IMG/VR virus record: IMGVR_UViG_3300033076_000794
Coordinates: 1 to 43,656 of that record
Strand: one strand, 5' to 3'
DNA length: 43,656 bases
Source of the DNA: a virus
Lineage: Duplodnaviria > Caudoviricetes
Below the pieces are notes generated by a model that saw only the letters and a program-made list of their open reading frames with translations, was not told the origin of the DNA and searched no databases. Made by a program: the position numbers and the translations under genes. Shown here piece after piece: positions 9,084-17,900 of this stretch (positions are counted from its first letter, which is position 1; each line of letters starts with the position of its first letter).

Positions 9084-9388
9084 CATCTGAAATGGGCGAA
9101 GATTTCAACGCCTGGAGGGCTGCTAGATCGGCCAATCGCGAGGCGCGCATGCGGCACAACCTGTCAAAGCTGTCTGAGGCTGGGGTTGCGTATGAGACGC
9201 CTCACGCGCTGCATCACGCGGTCATTAAAGCCGGTCGTCGCACGATCGATTACTGGCCCACCACCGACAAATTGCGCGACAAGTCGGTTTGCAATAAAAT
9301 AAGCGTGCTGGTATTGCAGGCGCCATCCTGCAACGCGCTCAGGGCCTGGCTCACGCATGCGCGCCGCTTTGCGGCAAATCAAGCCTAG
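9080..9388 (+). CDS. hypothetical protein
   Basis: AAGGAG RBS; MGEDFNAWR...IDYWPTT.K motif. Confidence 0.7.
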   Translation: MTSEMGEDFNAWRAARSANREARMRHNLSKLSEAGVAYETPHALHHAVIKAGRRTIDYWPTTDKLRDKSVCNKISVLVLQAPSCNALRAWLTHARRFAANQA

Positions 9389-9647
9389 CCGGAGATTGGC
9401 TCCCGGCCAGCGGCGTGGTCCCGGCCATACGGGGCGACAGAATTTTCAGAAGGCACGGGTGCCGTAAGGGCCCGAGAAAGATGGGAACGCCCTGGCCCCG
9501 GGCTACCCCCCAAGCTTGGATAGGGACTTGCGTGCGCAATCACAAAAGCCAAGTAATATGCCTAACCTGGCCCGGGTAAGTGGCCAGGACCAACACACAT
9601 GCCCCTTGCACGAACCATGGCGTCGGGCCCACAGCCCGGGGGCAGCT

Positions 9648-9754
9648 GTGTTGGGAATGCGCAGGCTGATGCGCAGCGGAGCCTAGGACGCGGGGCGCGC
9701 ACCGAAGTAGGTGTCAGCGTTTCATGCCGGAGATCAGCACCGGCCCCAACACCA
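9648..9754 (+). ncRNA. tRNA-like structured RNA with D-loop/T-loop kissing complementarity
   Basis: GTGTTGGG/CCCAACAC closing stem ending ...ACCA; TGCGC-AGGCTGAT-GCGCA arm; GCCGG-AGATCAGCA-CCGGC arm; loops GCTGAT/ATCAGC are complementary. Confidence 0.7.
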
Positions 9755-9758
9755 TATT

Positions 9759-9834
9759 GCCTCAATAGCGCAGCGGATAGCGCAGATGGCTTCTACCCAT
9801 CTGGTCGGTGGTTCGAATCCATCTTGAGGCGCCA
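9759..9834 (+). tRNA. tRNA-Arg(UCU)
   Basis: 76-nt cloverleaf: acceptor GCCTCAA/TTGAGGC, D arm GCGC/GCGC with A20, anticodon arm GATGG-CTTCTAC-CCATC (TCT at 9792-9794), GGTTCGAATCC, G73 and encoded CCA. Confidence 0.93.
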
Positions 9835-9927
9835 GAATTCTGGTATCATGCACAGGCTAATTTGCAGGCTGTCCAGGCATGCGGTGTCCCCGAACGGCGC
9901 GCCATCGCAAGATCAAGCCATATTAAG

Positions 9928-9949
9928 AACCCGCTTCGGCGGGTTTTTT
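9928..9949 (+). terminator. rho-independent terminator
   Basis: AACCCGC-TTCG-GCGGGTT followed by T-run. Confidence 0.85.
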
Positions 9950-9981
9950 CTTGCCCGTTCGGTTTTCGTGACAAATTTCTC

Positions 9982-10010
9982 TTGCGTCTCGATGTAACGC
10001 GCGTTACATT
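9982..10010 (+). promoter_or_regulatory. sigma70-like promoter overlapped by an 18-bp perfect palindrome
   Basis: TTGCGT-17 bp-TACATT; ATGTAACGCGCGTTACAT at 9992-10009. Confidence 0.65.
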
Positions 10011-10120
10011 ACGCACATGGCAGCGCGCACCGAGATGCAACAACGTCTGCGCAAGTCAGGCATGAGCCTGAAAAGTAACCGGAAGCCGTAGGCTGTCCGG
10101 TTGACTGAGAAAGGACAACC

Positions 10121-10675
10121 GTGAAGAAAACGATCAGTTTCTTTCAACGCAACTACGACGGTGACCGTTTGGTGCGCGACGAGTTTGTACCGGGGGCCGA
10201 GTGGGTTGCTGCTGGTGAAGGCGTGGCAACGCGCAAGCTGGACGGCACCTGCTGCATGTGGCGCGACGGCAAACTGTGGAAACGCCACGAACTGAAGGCA
10301 GGCAAGGGCGCCCCGGCTGGCTTTGAGCCCGCGCAAGAGCCCGACAGCGTGACAGGCGACATGCCTGGCTGGGTGCCGGTTGGCGATGGCCCAAACGATG
10401 CGCGCCACCGCGAAGCGCTGGCCGCTGCAGGCGGCACGCTGCCTGATGGCACCTACGAGCTATGTGGCCCAAAGGTGCAGAAAAACCCTGAGGGCTACGC
10501 AACGCATGTTTTGGTGCGCCACGGCGCAGAGATAATTGACGACTGCCCGCGTACTTTTGACGCGCTGCGCGAGTATCTCCGCGTACGCGACATTGAGGGC
10601 GTGGTTTGGCACCACCCGGACGGGCGGATGGTGAAAATCAAAGGCAAAGACTTCGGCCTGAAGCGGGCCGGCTAA
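10121..10675 (+). CDS. RNA ligase, DUF5565/RLIG1-like nucleotidyltransferase
   Basis: AAGGA RBS; ligase motif I ATRKLDGT, GTYELCGPKVQKNP, motif IV EGVVW, motif V MVKIK. Confidence 0.8.
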   Translation: MKKTISFFQRNYDGDRLVRDEFVPGAEWVAAGEGVATRKLDGTCCMWRDGKLWKRHELKAGKGAPAGFEPAQEPDSVTGDMPGWVPVGDGPNDARHREALAAAGGTLPDGTYELCGPKVQKNPEGYATHVLVRHGAEIIDDCPRTFDALREYLRVRDIEGVVWHHPDGRMVKIKGKDFGLKRAG

Positions 10676-10681
10676 CGCCCC

Positions 10682-10903
10682 ATGGATGCCAAAGGGCTAC
10701 GAATGGCCACAGAAGCAGAATCGCGCCGCTCTCGCAAAAACGAGCGGCGGCGCCTCCAAGAGGGCGGCCGGCGGATGCCTGGCGGGATCATGCCGACTGA
10801 AGCCGCCGAGGCGCTTGACGAGATCTGCAAGCGCACCGGAGAGCCAAAGCTCTCGGTCATCGCGCGGCTGCTGATCGCAGAGGCTGCTACGACACGCGCT
10901 TGA
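10682..10903 (+). CDS. small basic DNA-binding protein (ribbon-helix-helix-like)
   Basis: RRRLQEGGRR..GI...EAAEALDEICKRTGEPKLSVIARLL. Confidence 0.6.
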   Translation: MDAKGLRMATEAESRRSRKNERRRLQEGGRRMPGGIMPTEAAEALDEICKRTGEPKLSVIARLLIAEAATTRA

Positions 10904-11297
10904 GCTTTTCCACGGTGCGCGCGCCCGCAAGGCCCAGCATGCCGGTGACAAGCACCATCAGCGCCTCAACATCCAACAGCGGCGGCGGCGGAAGCGATGA
11001 CGGCACAAAGCCCGTTGCCTGAGCGCTTCCCCACCCCCATGTCATCAGCGGGTAAAGAACGAACTGATAGCCCAGCGCCGCCACGCTGACCCAGCCAACA
11101 GCTGGCCGCCAGCCGGCCACAAACAGACTTTGGCTGCGCGCTTCTTCGCGATTTACTTCAAGCTGGCCTGAAAGCCTGGCCGTCTCTGCCTGGTACCCCT
11201 CAAGCTCAAGCCTGCCGCGTTCCTCATCGGAGGTAAAAAGGTTGTCGGCCACCTGGCCGACGGCTTCGACAATGCCGCCGATTGCAAGTGGGTTCAT
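10887..11297 (-). CDS. holin, 3TM (GTA-holin/DUF3154-like)
   Basis: LFTSDEER...QLEVNREEA.S.SLFVAGWRPAVGWV...MLGLAGART.EK; follows endolysin. Confidence 0.85.
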   Translation of the reverse strand: MNPLAIGGIVEAVGQVADNLFTSDEERGRLELEGYQAETARLSGQLEVNREEARSQSLFVAGWRPAVGWVSVAALGYQFVLYPLMTWGWGSAQATGFVPSSLPPPPLLDVEALMVLVTGMLGLAGARTVEKLKRVS

Positions 11298-11806
11298 GCG
11301 GCCAGCTCCTTCAAAACGCGGTTGATCCAGCCGAGCAGGAATTTCCCTTGCGATCGATCGCGCGTCACGATGTCGCGGTATCTGGCGATCTTTGCCAGCG
11401 CGTAGTGCAAGACAAAAACCCCTGGGTCGATTGCATTGATTGCCGCAATGGTCTTTGCTCCGATTGACCCGTCCGGAGTAGATCCGGCCACAGCCTGAGC
11501 CAGCCGCGCCGCAGTTTTGACGCCGGCATTGACGGCAAAACCAAACACGTTGTTGGCAACACGCTGGTCGGCAATCTCGTCGCCTCGGATTGGCGCCCAA
11601 AATTCAGATCGGTAGAAGTCGCGCACAAGATCAGATGGCGGAACCTGGCCTGCATCAATTGCCGTCCATCCCGGCCATTGCGGGTTTTTGTTTCGAGCTA
11701 TGCCGGCGTAGGTGGCTCCGCCCGTGTCGCCAGGTACGCGGTGCAGCACATAGCCGCCTTCGTTGCGGATCATCAGCTCAAAAGCGGGCAGGAATTGCGC
11801 GCTCAT
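11294..11806 (-). CDS. endolysin, glycoside hydrolase family 108 with peptidoglycan-binding C-terminus
   Basis: EGGYV...D.GGATYAGI; DG.IG.KT; KFLLGWINR. Confidence 0.92.
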   Translation of the reverse strand: MSAQFLPAFELMIRNEGGYVLHRVPGDTGGATYAGIARNKNPQWPGWTAIDAGQVPPSDLVRDFYRSEFWAPIRGDEIADQRVANNVFGFAVNAGVKTAARLAQAVAGSTPDGSIGAKTIAAINAIDPGVFVLHYALAKIARYRDIVTRDRSQGKFLLGWINRVLKELAA

Positions 11807-12165
11807 TTGGCTATCTCCATTTTCTCGCGGCTGTAATCATTTTGCGCCGCAACATTCCAGCGCCCGCGCCAATAGCCGTACAGCGTCATAACGGTCTTGC
11901 TGCAGTACATCGCAACCACTTGTGCCGAAAGCATTTTCGGCTCGGGGTAGACAATCAGCGAAATGCCAATCAGCACATGCAAGCACTCGACCACCATCAG
12001 CGCCCACATAGCTACACGCCCGAGCGAGTCAAGCTGGTGGCGGTATTTTGACCGGTCAAGCAAGGCCGTGTATGTCGGCTCAGCGTTGTGGACCAGGACC
12101 AAACCAAACACAAGCCCGACAATGCCGAGAAACCGGATTACATCCGGGGTCAGGTCGCACGCCAT
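11803..12165 (-). CDS. multi-pass membrane protein (lysis cassette)
   Basis: 2-3 hydrophobic helices; TGATG/ATGA overlaps. Confidence 0.65.
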   Translation of the reverse strand: MACDLTPDVIRFLGIVGLVFGLVLVHNAEPTYTALLDRSKYRHQLDSLGRVAMWALMVVECLHVLIGISLIVYPEPKMLSAQVVAMYCSKTVMTLYGYWRGRWNVAAQNDYSREKMEIAK

Positions 12166-12536
12166 CACTTACCCCTCAGAATTGACACCAAGCGGTCGCC
12201 AGCCGCTTTAATCACCCGCTTGACCTGCACGGCTATTTCGCCCCACGCCGACCCCCACAGCCGCGCCAGAAACGGCCCAGCGAGCCCGTGCAAAAACATG
12301 ACGGGGTGCGTCAATGCATCACGCGCCAGACCAAGCCCGTATCCATGCGCGTGCAGAAGATCGGCCGACGGCTTGCCAAAAACCTCGGCGCTGATGGCCG
12401 CAGCAATCGTGACTTTGATCGCCGACATTTTGCCAATCACTCCAGACACATTGGCCGCCACCATCGCCCCCGCCAGCGCCGCGACGTGCGGGCTAAGGTA
12501 ATCCCACGCCCATGCAGCAAACTCCGCTGGAGTCAT
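12165..12536 (-). CDS. putative holin/antiholin-like membrane protein
   Basis: MTPAEF... hydrophobic segments and basic C-terminus; start uncertain (ORF open to 12638). Confidence 0.6.
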   Translation of the reverse strand: MTPAEFAAWAWDYLSPHVAALAGAMVAANVSGVIGKMSAIKVTIAAAISAEVFGKPSADLLHAHGYGLGLARDALTHPVMFLHGLAGPFLARLWGSAWGEIAVQVKRVIKAAGDRLVSILRGK

Positions 12537-12634
12537 AACCCGCCACCTGTAACATTGTGTATCACGACGAGAATGATAGTGCATATCACGTCTGTCACGT
12601 AGAGACACAGCAGGGGCCAGGGTTGGGGAGTCAA

Positions 12635-13261
12635 TCACAGCTCGCCGGTGCGCCAGGCCAGGCCGGGCCAGCGGGAGACATCACCCGGGGTCTCTTTGCG
12701 CTCATGCCCATCCGCGACAAAGCGCAGGCCGCCAGCGGCGCACGCCTTACCAACAAGCTCGGAGCAGATCAGGTCGGGCGTAGGATCGTCGCGCCGCCAC
12801 CGGTTAGTGATGTAGCCGATGATTGAGTCGGCACCATACGGCACGCCCTCATGCTGCCAGCACCAAGCCAGCGCGGCGTCCGGATCTGGCAGCGAAACCG
12901 GTGACGATTGCCAGTGACGCTGAAGGCCGACCCAATCGCGCAAGTCGATCTGACGCACGCGCGGCTGAGTCGCCTCCCAGACAACGCGCCGGCCGTCGCC
13001 AAGCTCGAAGCACATGGCCGCATGCGAGACATTTGACGCGCCGCGCCAGCGGATGAAAAGGCCCGAGATTGCGCTGATGATCGGCAGGCCGATCGGGCGA
13101 GACAGCAGGATCCAAGCTTTGGCGCTAGCAAAGTCTGAGCGAGCAAAGCAGGCACATTCATCGGCCGCATCAATGCATGCTTGCAATACGGCGGCCATCT
13201 CCGGAGCTGGCTTTACTTCGCGCAAGAATCTTGCTGTAGCCGAGGCAATAAGCGGGTTCAT
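12635..13261 (-). CDS. permuted papain-like NlpC/P60 (YiiX/YebB-like) enzyme
   Basis: His motif SHAAM precedes Cys motif ICSELV; G.PY; TPGD. Confidence 0.75.
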   Translation of the reverse strand: MNPLIASATARFLREVKPAPEMAAVLQACIDAADECACFARSDFASAKAWILLSRPIGLPIISAISGLFIRWRGASNVSHAAMCFELGDGRRVVWEATQPRVRQIDLRDWVGLQRHWQSSPVSLPDPDAALAWCWQHEGVPYGADSIIGYITNRWRRDDPTPDLICSELVGKACAAGGLRFVADGHERKETPGDVSRWPGLAWRTGEL

Positions 13262-13262
13262 A

Positions 13263-14918
13263 TCAGTTGTAACAGGGAATTTTTACGGTTGATCCATTGA
13301 CCTTGATGAGCAAGTAAAAAGCAACCTGGGATGGGGGGGGGCCATTCGACCCAGCCGATGCAGACGCGGAAAGGGTGGCATTTACAAAACCGCAAAGCCC
13401 GCCAGACCCTTCAATTTGGAACCGTGTCGTTCCGGAGAAGTCTTGCAGGTCAAGGGTTGCCGATGACGCCGCAGGCCTTGCAAATGCCACATTGATGGAG
13501 CTAACACCAAGAATTGGGACCGCGTTGCCAGACGAATCAAGCCACGCAAGCGAAGTATTGTTGGGCGAAAGAAGCGCCTGCCCAAGAGTGAATGTCAGAC
13601 CAGAAAAATCGATGCCGCGTTTCCACTGCCCAAGGCCAGCGCTTTTCCCGCCAAGAATAGCGTCTGGCGGCAAGGTACCTTCGCTGCTGGCCGTGAAATT
13701 TACCGCACGCCGCGTTGTGTTGTGATACTTGGCAATCCGCCCTAGAACGGGCTCCATGCGCGTGCTATATGACGTGACGCCACCATCAGGCGAGTCTTTC
13801 AATAGCATTTCGACGCCGGACAGCGTGCCTTTTGAACTTCCGGTATTTGTCAGCTCACCTTGGTACATGCCAAGTTCGTTATAGCTGCCCGGCCCGACCG
13901 CGCCTAGCTGACCTATGCTTGTAAAACAATGCGCAGAACCGTCGCCTGTTTTGCCGTGGTACGAATACAAGCCTTGCCAAATGGTTGTAGAAACCTCTGA
14001 CGCCGAATCAACAATTCCGTTGCCAGTGGAGTTAAATTGCATGACGGCCCCCGGTATCAACTCATTTGATCCGCCGTCCGCAGCATCTCGGTGTTGCCAC
14101 ACGTACCCAGCTCTTGACCCGCTGTAGTCAAGCTGTGAGCTGTCTGTTGAAAAGAATGCCTTGCCAGATGGGGCAAATATTGGGCGCTTTGACTGGGCGG
14201 CAACTGCTTGCGCAAGCGTTGAAAAGTCACTGCCGCTGATAAAGTCCTTCAGCTTTAGGTCGACATTTCTTGCCGACGCCGACGCTCCTGAGTTTGTCCA
14301 CGAAATGCCGCTAGCAACGGTCGTGCCAGCAGGGCCAGTCGCCCCCGCCGGACCCTGCGGCCCGGTAGCGCCAGTTGCCCCGGTCGGCCCAGTGATGCCG
14401 GTGACTAGCTCCGACAAAAGCGGCCCGGTAGTCCATGAGCCAGTGGACGCGGACCAGGCAGACACGCGACCCTGCCTAGCTGACAGCACCGGGATATACC
14501 CGGGGCCAGTATCAGAAATGCGAGAAAGCGACGCCCTCCCAACAAGTTCGCTAAGCTGCTGGATCATGATGACGGCCCTATCTAGGGCGTCTTCCAGAAC
14601 ATCAGGGTAAAACCCTCCCTGATTCGTCAGATCTACCGGCTGCAAGTTGGCGACAAGGCTTGCAACGGTGATGTCAATGCCGGATGCCGGCGCGGCAGAG
14701 ATCGTTACAGATCCACCGGGGTTGCTGTCTTGGTTGGCGTTGAGCGATACGGAATAGTCAACATCAAGGACAAGCGCCGACTCAACGCCGGTTGACACCT
14801 CAGTGCGCACAATGCGCAGATCGGCTTTTGAAAAGACCTTGAAATAAAACGGGAAAGACGTTGTCGACCCGTTGCCGTGATATGGCCCAGCCTTGCGGAC
14901 CTCGCTACTAATCGTCAT
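13263..14918 (-). CDS. tail fibre/tailspike with T7-like N-terminal adaptor and short collagen-like linker
   Basis: GNGSTTSFPFYFKVF...NQGGFYPDVLEDALDR..IQQL adaptor; GPTGATGATGPQGPAGATGPAG. Confidence 0.85.
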   Translation of the reverse strand: MTISSEVRKAGPYHGNGSTTSFPFYFKVFSKADLRIVRTEVSTGVESALVLDVDYSVSLNANQDSNPGGSVTISAAPASGIDITVASLVANLQPVDLTNQGGFYPDVLEDALDRAVIMIQQLSELVGRASLSRISDTGPGYIPVLSARQGRVSAWSASTGSWTTGPLLSELVTGITGPTGATGATGPQGPAGATGPAGTTVASGISWTNSGASASARNVDLKLKDFISGSDFSTLAQAVAAQSKRPIFAPSGKAFFSTDSSQLDYSGSRAGYVWQHRDAADGGSNELIPGAVMQFNSTGNGIVDSASEVSTTIWQGLYSYHGKTGDGSAHCFTSIGQLGAVGPGSYNELGMYQGELTNTGSSKGTLSGVEMLLKDSPDGGVTSYSTRMEPVLGRIAKYHNTTRRAVNFTASSEGTLPPDAILGGKSAGLGQWKRGIDFSGLTFTLGQALLSPNNTSLAWLDSSGNAVPILGVSSINVAFARPAASSATLDLQDFSGTTRFQIEGSGGLCGFVNATLSASASAGSNGPPPSQVAFYLLIKVNGSTVKIPCYN

Positions 14919-14945
14919 GCCAAAAGCCCGATGGGTGGTTTTTGC

Positions 14946-14980
14946 AAACTACCCACCAAGGCTTTTATTGCGTATACGGA
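14946..14980 (-). promoter_or_regulatory. putative late promoter (TCCGTATACGCA-17 bp-TAGTTT)
   Basis: Motif recurs at 28967-28978 and 34215-34226, each intergenic on the late strand. Confidence 0.6.
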
Positions 14981-17900
14981 TTACTTGGAGTCGCGATAGC
15001 CTAGCGCCACGGCAAACGGGTTGTCTGTTTTGCCCTCGGCAAGAGCGACCGACCCCGTGATGGTCTTGTTGATCTGCCCCGAAGGCAAGCCAAACAGGTC
15101 GCCCAAAAGGTTTATGGCGGCCTTGCGGAACGCGTCGTCAAACTCACCTTGCATTGACTGCTTAGCGAATTTCATGACATCAACCACCATGCGAAGGCCT
15201 GCCGGCCCCTGGTAATCGCGTGCACCCTCATCACCCGTGACGATTTTTGCAACCTCAGAAAACTCCCGGCCAATCACCACCATGCCCATGAGGTAACTGA
15301 CCTGATCGGCCGCCAGCTTACGCGCAAGCTTCTCTTCATCCCAATCGTCATCCCCAGGCGTAAGTGCGTCTTTCAGCAGGCTGCCGAACACCGCCGGGAC
15401 GGAGTAGATAAGCAGCATGTCTGCGGCGAGCTTGGCTTTGCTTTTGGCTGTCATCACCTGACCAACGCCGAGGTTTAAGGCTGTGTTCATGAAGCTGTAG
15501 AACACTGTAAAAAGCTTTTGAACCGGCCCCCCGCGCTCGATTGCGGACAAGTCTTTTGTCTGCCCGCCGCCCTGAGAGTCAATCACCGCTTGGTCGGCAA
15601 GGGCCACCGCGCGCGCCTCATCGTTCCCGCCGGCGATGGCCTTCTCGTAGGCCCCGTGCCACGTTGGAACATCGACCATAGCCTGCGCCTTCATCATGAA
15701 GAAGTAGGCGTACCGCCCCATCAGCTCCTTGGCTGCCGTTTGGTCTTGCACCTGGTTGCGCAGTTCGTTCAGTTCGCGAAAGCGCGTGCGCGCCCGGTTG
15801 GCCATGAACGCAGACTTCTCGCGGGCCTCACGACTGGCCTTTGCGGGGTTTGCAACGTATGCCGCCATCCCGCGCCCAACCCACGTGGCGCCAACGCGCA
15901 CGATGGATTGCGTCAACCCAAGCGGCTGCATAGCTGCAGACATAAGGTTGAAGCCAAGCCCGCCGACGCTGACGTTTTGGCGCAGCACCGACACGGCAGC
16001 ATCAACAGCATCGGACGATCCTTTGTCCCCCTCGGCAATGGCCTGCACCCAGGTCTTCAGCTGGGCCTTGTACTCCGGGCCGTATGTGCTGCGAATGGCT
16101 TGATCGATCGAATGCGACCGAAGCAGCTTGTTGGCGTCGATCAGCCATTCATGCCACGCAAGATCGTGAATGACTTCGTTGACGCCGGAATAGACCCCGC
16201 TCAGGTTGTACAGCAGTGGCCTGCCAACCACCTGTTCGGCTCGGCCCTTCGTAAAGCTGCGGCGCGTTGTGCTGGACGTAAAGGCGCCTTGCATCATCGC
16301 CTTGGCCTCTTCAGCGTCGGCAAACTGCTCAGCCCTTTGGCTGGCCGCAGGATCGTACTTGACCGGGTAGTAACCCCCTTTGATTTTGATGACAACCCCA
16401 TCTGCGGCCGTCAGCTCAAACGGCTGCGGGTCAATCCAGTTGGGCTCCTTGCCATAAACGCGCCGCTCTTTCTCGGCGATCATGGGCCGGTACTGTTCGA
16501 AGTGATCCCAAATCGACTGCACCGCCGCCCACTCTTGCGCCGTCAAAGACTGCAGCACCGGCATGATCTGCGCCTGCGTCCAACCCTCACCATCAAGCAG
16601 GCGCTGCATGTTGCTGGCGTTGCCCGCGTTGAGCGCAATTGCAAGGCGCGACTCTCTGTTCAGGCTTCTGCTGATTGACGGGAACCACACGCCTTTGCCG
16701 CCCATCTTCCCGAGTTTCCGCACCGGCGCCAGCACGGCGGCTAGCTGCTCGGTGGCCTTGGCGCGCATGGTCGTTTCCATATCGCCGCGCTCGTTGGCGC
16801 CTCGAACCAGGTACTCCCACACCGGCCCGCCGTCGTTGCCGCCATCAAGAACCCTGGCGACCATGGCGGCCTTAATGTGGGCCGCTCCAAATTGGCGCAG
16901 CTTTTGAGCCCACCTCCCCATCTCCGTGTACGGCGTTCGCGAGTCGGCGATCCTCCCGCGAGAATTCTCGATGACGCCTGCAACGATCTCGTCCCGGGCC
17001 TCTTCATAGGTCTTTTGCTGGTCCGCAGTTAAAAGCCTGCGCGCATTTCGGCCGATGGTCTCAATCTGCCGGGCCGCATCCACCAAGCCGCGAAATTCTT
17101 CAACTGTCAGGTCTTTGTACGGCCGCCGTTCCGCCTCATTGATCAGGCCTTGGTCAATATCCGGCTCGATCCCGGCCTCGCGCTGCGCCGCGATCCACTC
17201 CGACAGCGCTTTGCGCTCTGCGGCCGCTTTAATCGGCGTGGATTTGCGCAAGTCGAATCGCTCAAGCATGGCGTCGATCTGGTCGCCCGCGTCGGCGCCG
17301 ATGTCTTTGCGGATCTCTGCGCCTTCGAACTTGCGCAGGTACTTCAGCCCTTTCTCGACTTCCGCCTGGGCGTCATAGGCCTCTTTGACCGCAAGCGTGT
17401 TCACAAGCTCAGCCCGCTTCTCGGCCGCTGCCGTTGCAGTGTCGCCCTTGCGCATGGCCGCCATCGCGTTGCGGCTGGCGCGCATTGCAGCAGCTCCAAA
17501 TTGGCCAGGGCGAATGTCGGCAATCTTGCGACGAGCAATCAGCGCCTGCGCAAATTCCTTGGCCGCGCTCAGCAGCACACGACGCCCGCCGGTGGCTTGC
17601 GCCATGGCGTCGACCTCGCGAGACACAAAACGCGCGCGGGCCTCGTTGTAGATCGCTCGATCGGCCTCGCGCTCGATGGCGTCTGGCGTGGACAACTCTC
17701 CAAAACGCTCAAGCATGGCCACGTCGGTGCGCGCCTCGATCGTATCTTCAATTGGTTCGGCGGCCAGCAGCTCACGAACCATCTCGTCGCCAGAGCTGTA
17801 TCCAAACAGGTCCGCCACCATATCGGGATGCATGCCCTGCTTGGCAGCAAGGCCGGTTTTACCGGTTGGCAAATACCGCCAAATGGCGTTGGCTTCTTCG

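Larger units (their letters stand above)
8312..9149 (+). repeat. 120-bp near-identical direct repeat (8312-8431 and 9030-9149)
   Basis: GACCCGCCCAGCTGGGCCAAGGAGCAGAAATGACATCTGAAATGGGCGAAGATTT...GAGGCGCGCA in both; offset 718 bp. Confidence 0.95.

Noticed and set aside
7344-9149. Diversity-generating retroelement (BPP-1-like phage, DUF1566 domain, repeat pairs)
   Set aside because: No reverse transcriptase ORF; repeat differences are mostly synonymous and not adenine-specific; repeats cover gene starts rather than a C-terminal variable region
9663-9710. Hammerhead ribozyme core (CTGATG...GAA)
   Set aside because: Sequence is CTGATGC rather than CTGANGA, and no correctly placed GAAA/stem II was found
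9785-9801. Reading the tRNA as an amber suppressor (CTA within CTTCTAC)
   Set aside because: The stem GATGG/CCATC fixes a 7-nt loop with TCT at positions 34-36; A20 and G73 fit Arg; genes such as ssb use TAG as a normal stop
9599-10065. ORFs 9599-9997 and 9808-10065
   Set aside because: They overlap the tRNA, tRNA-like RNA and terminator, and show no protein-like features
14325-14400. Collagen-like repeat as a novelty
   Set aside because: Short Gly-X-Y linkers are common in phage tail fibres
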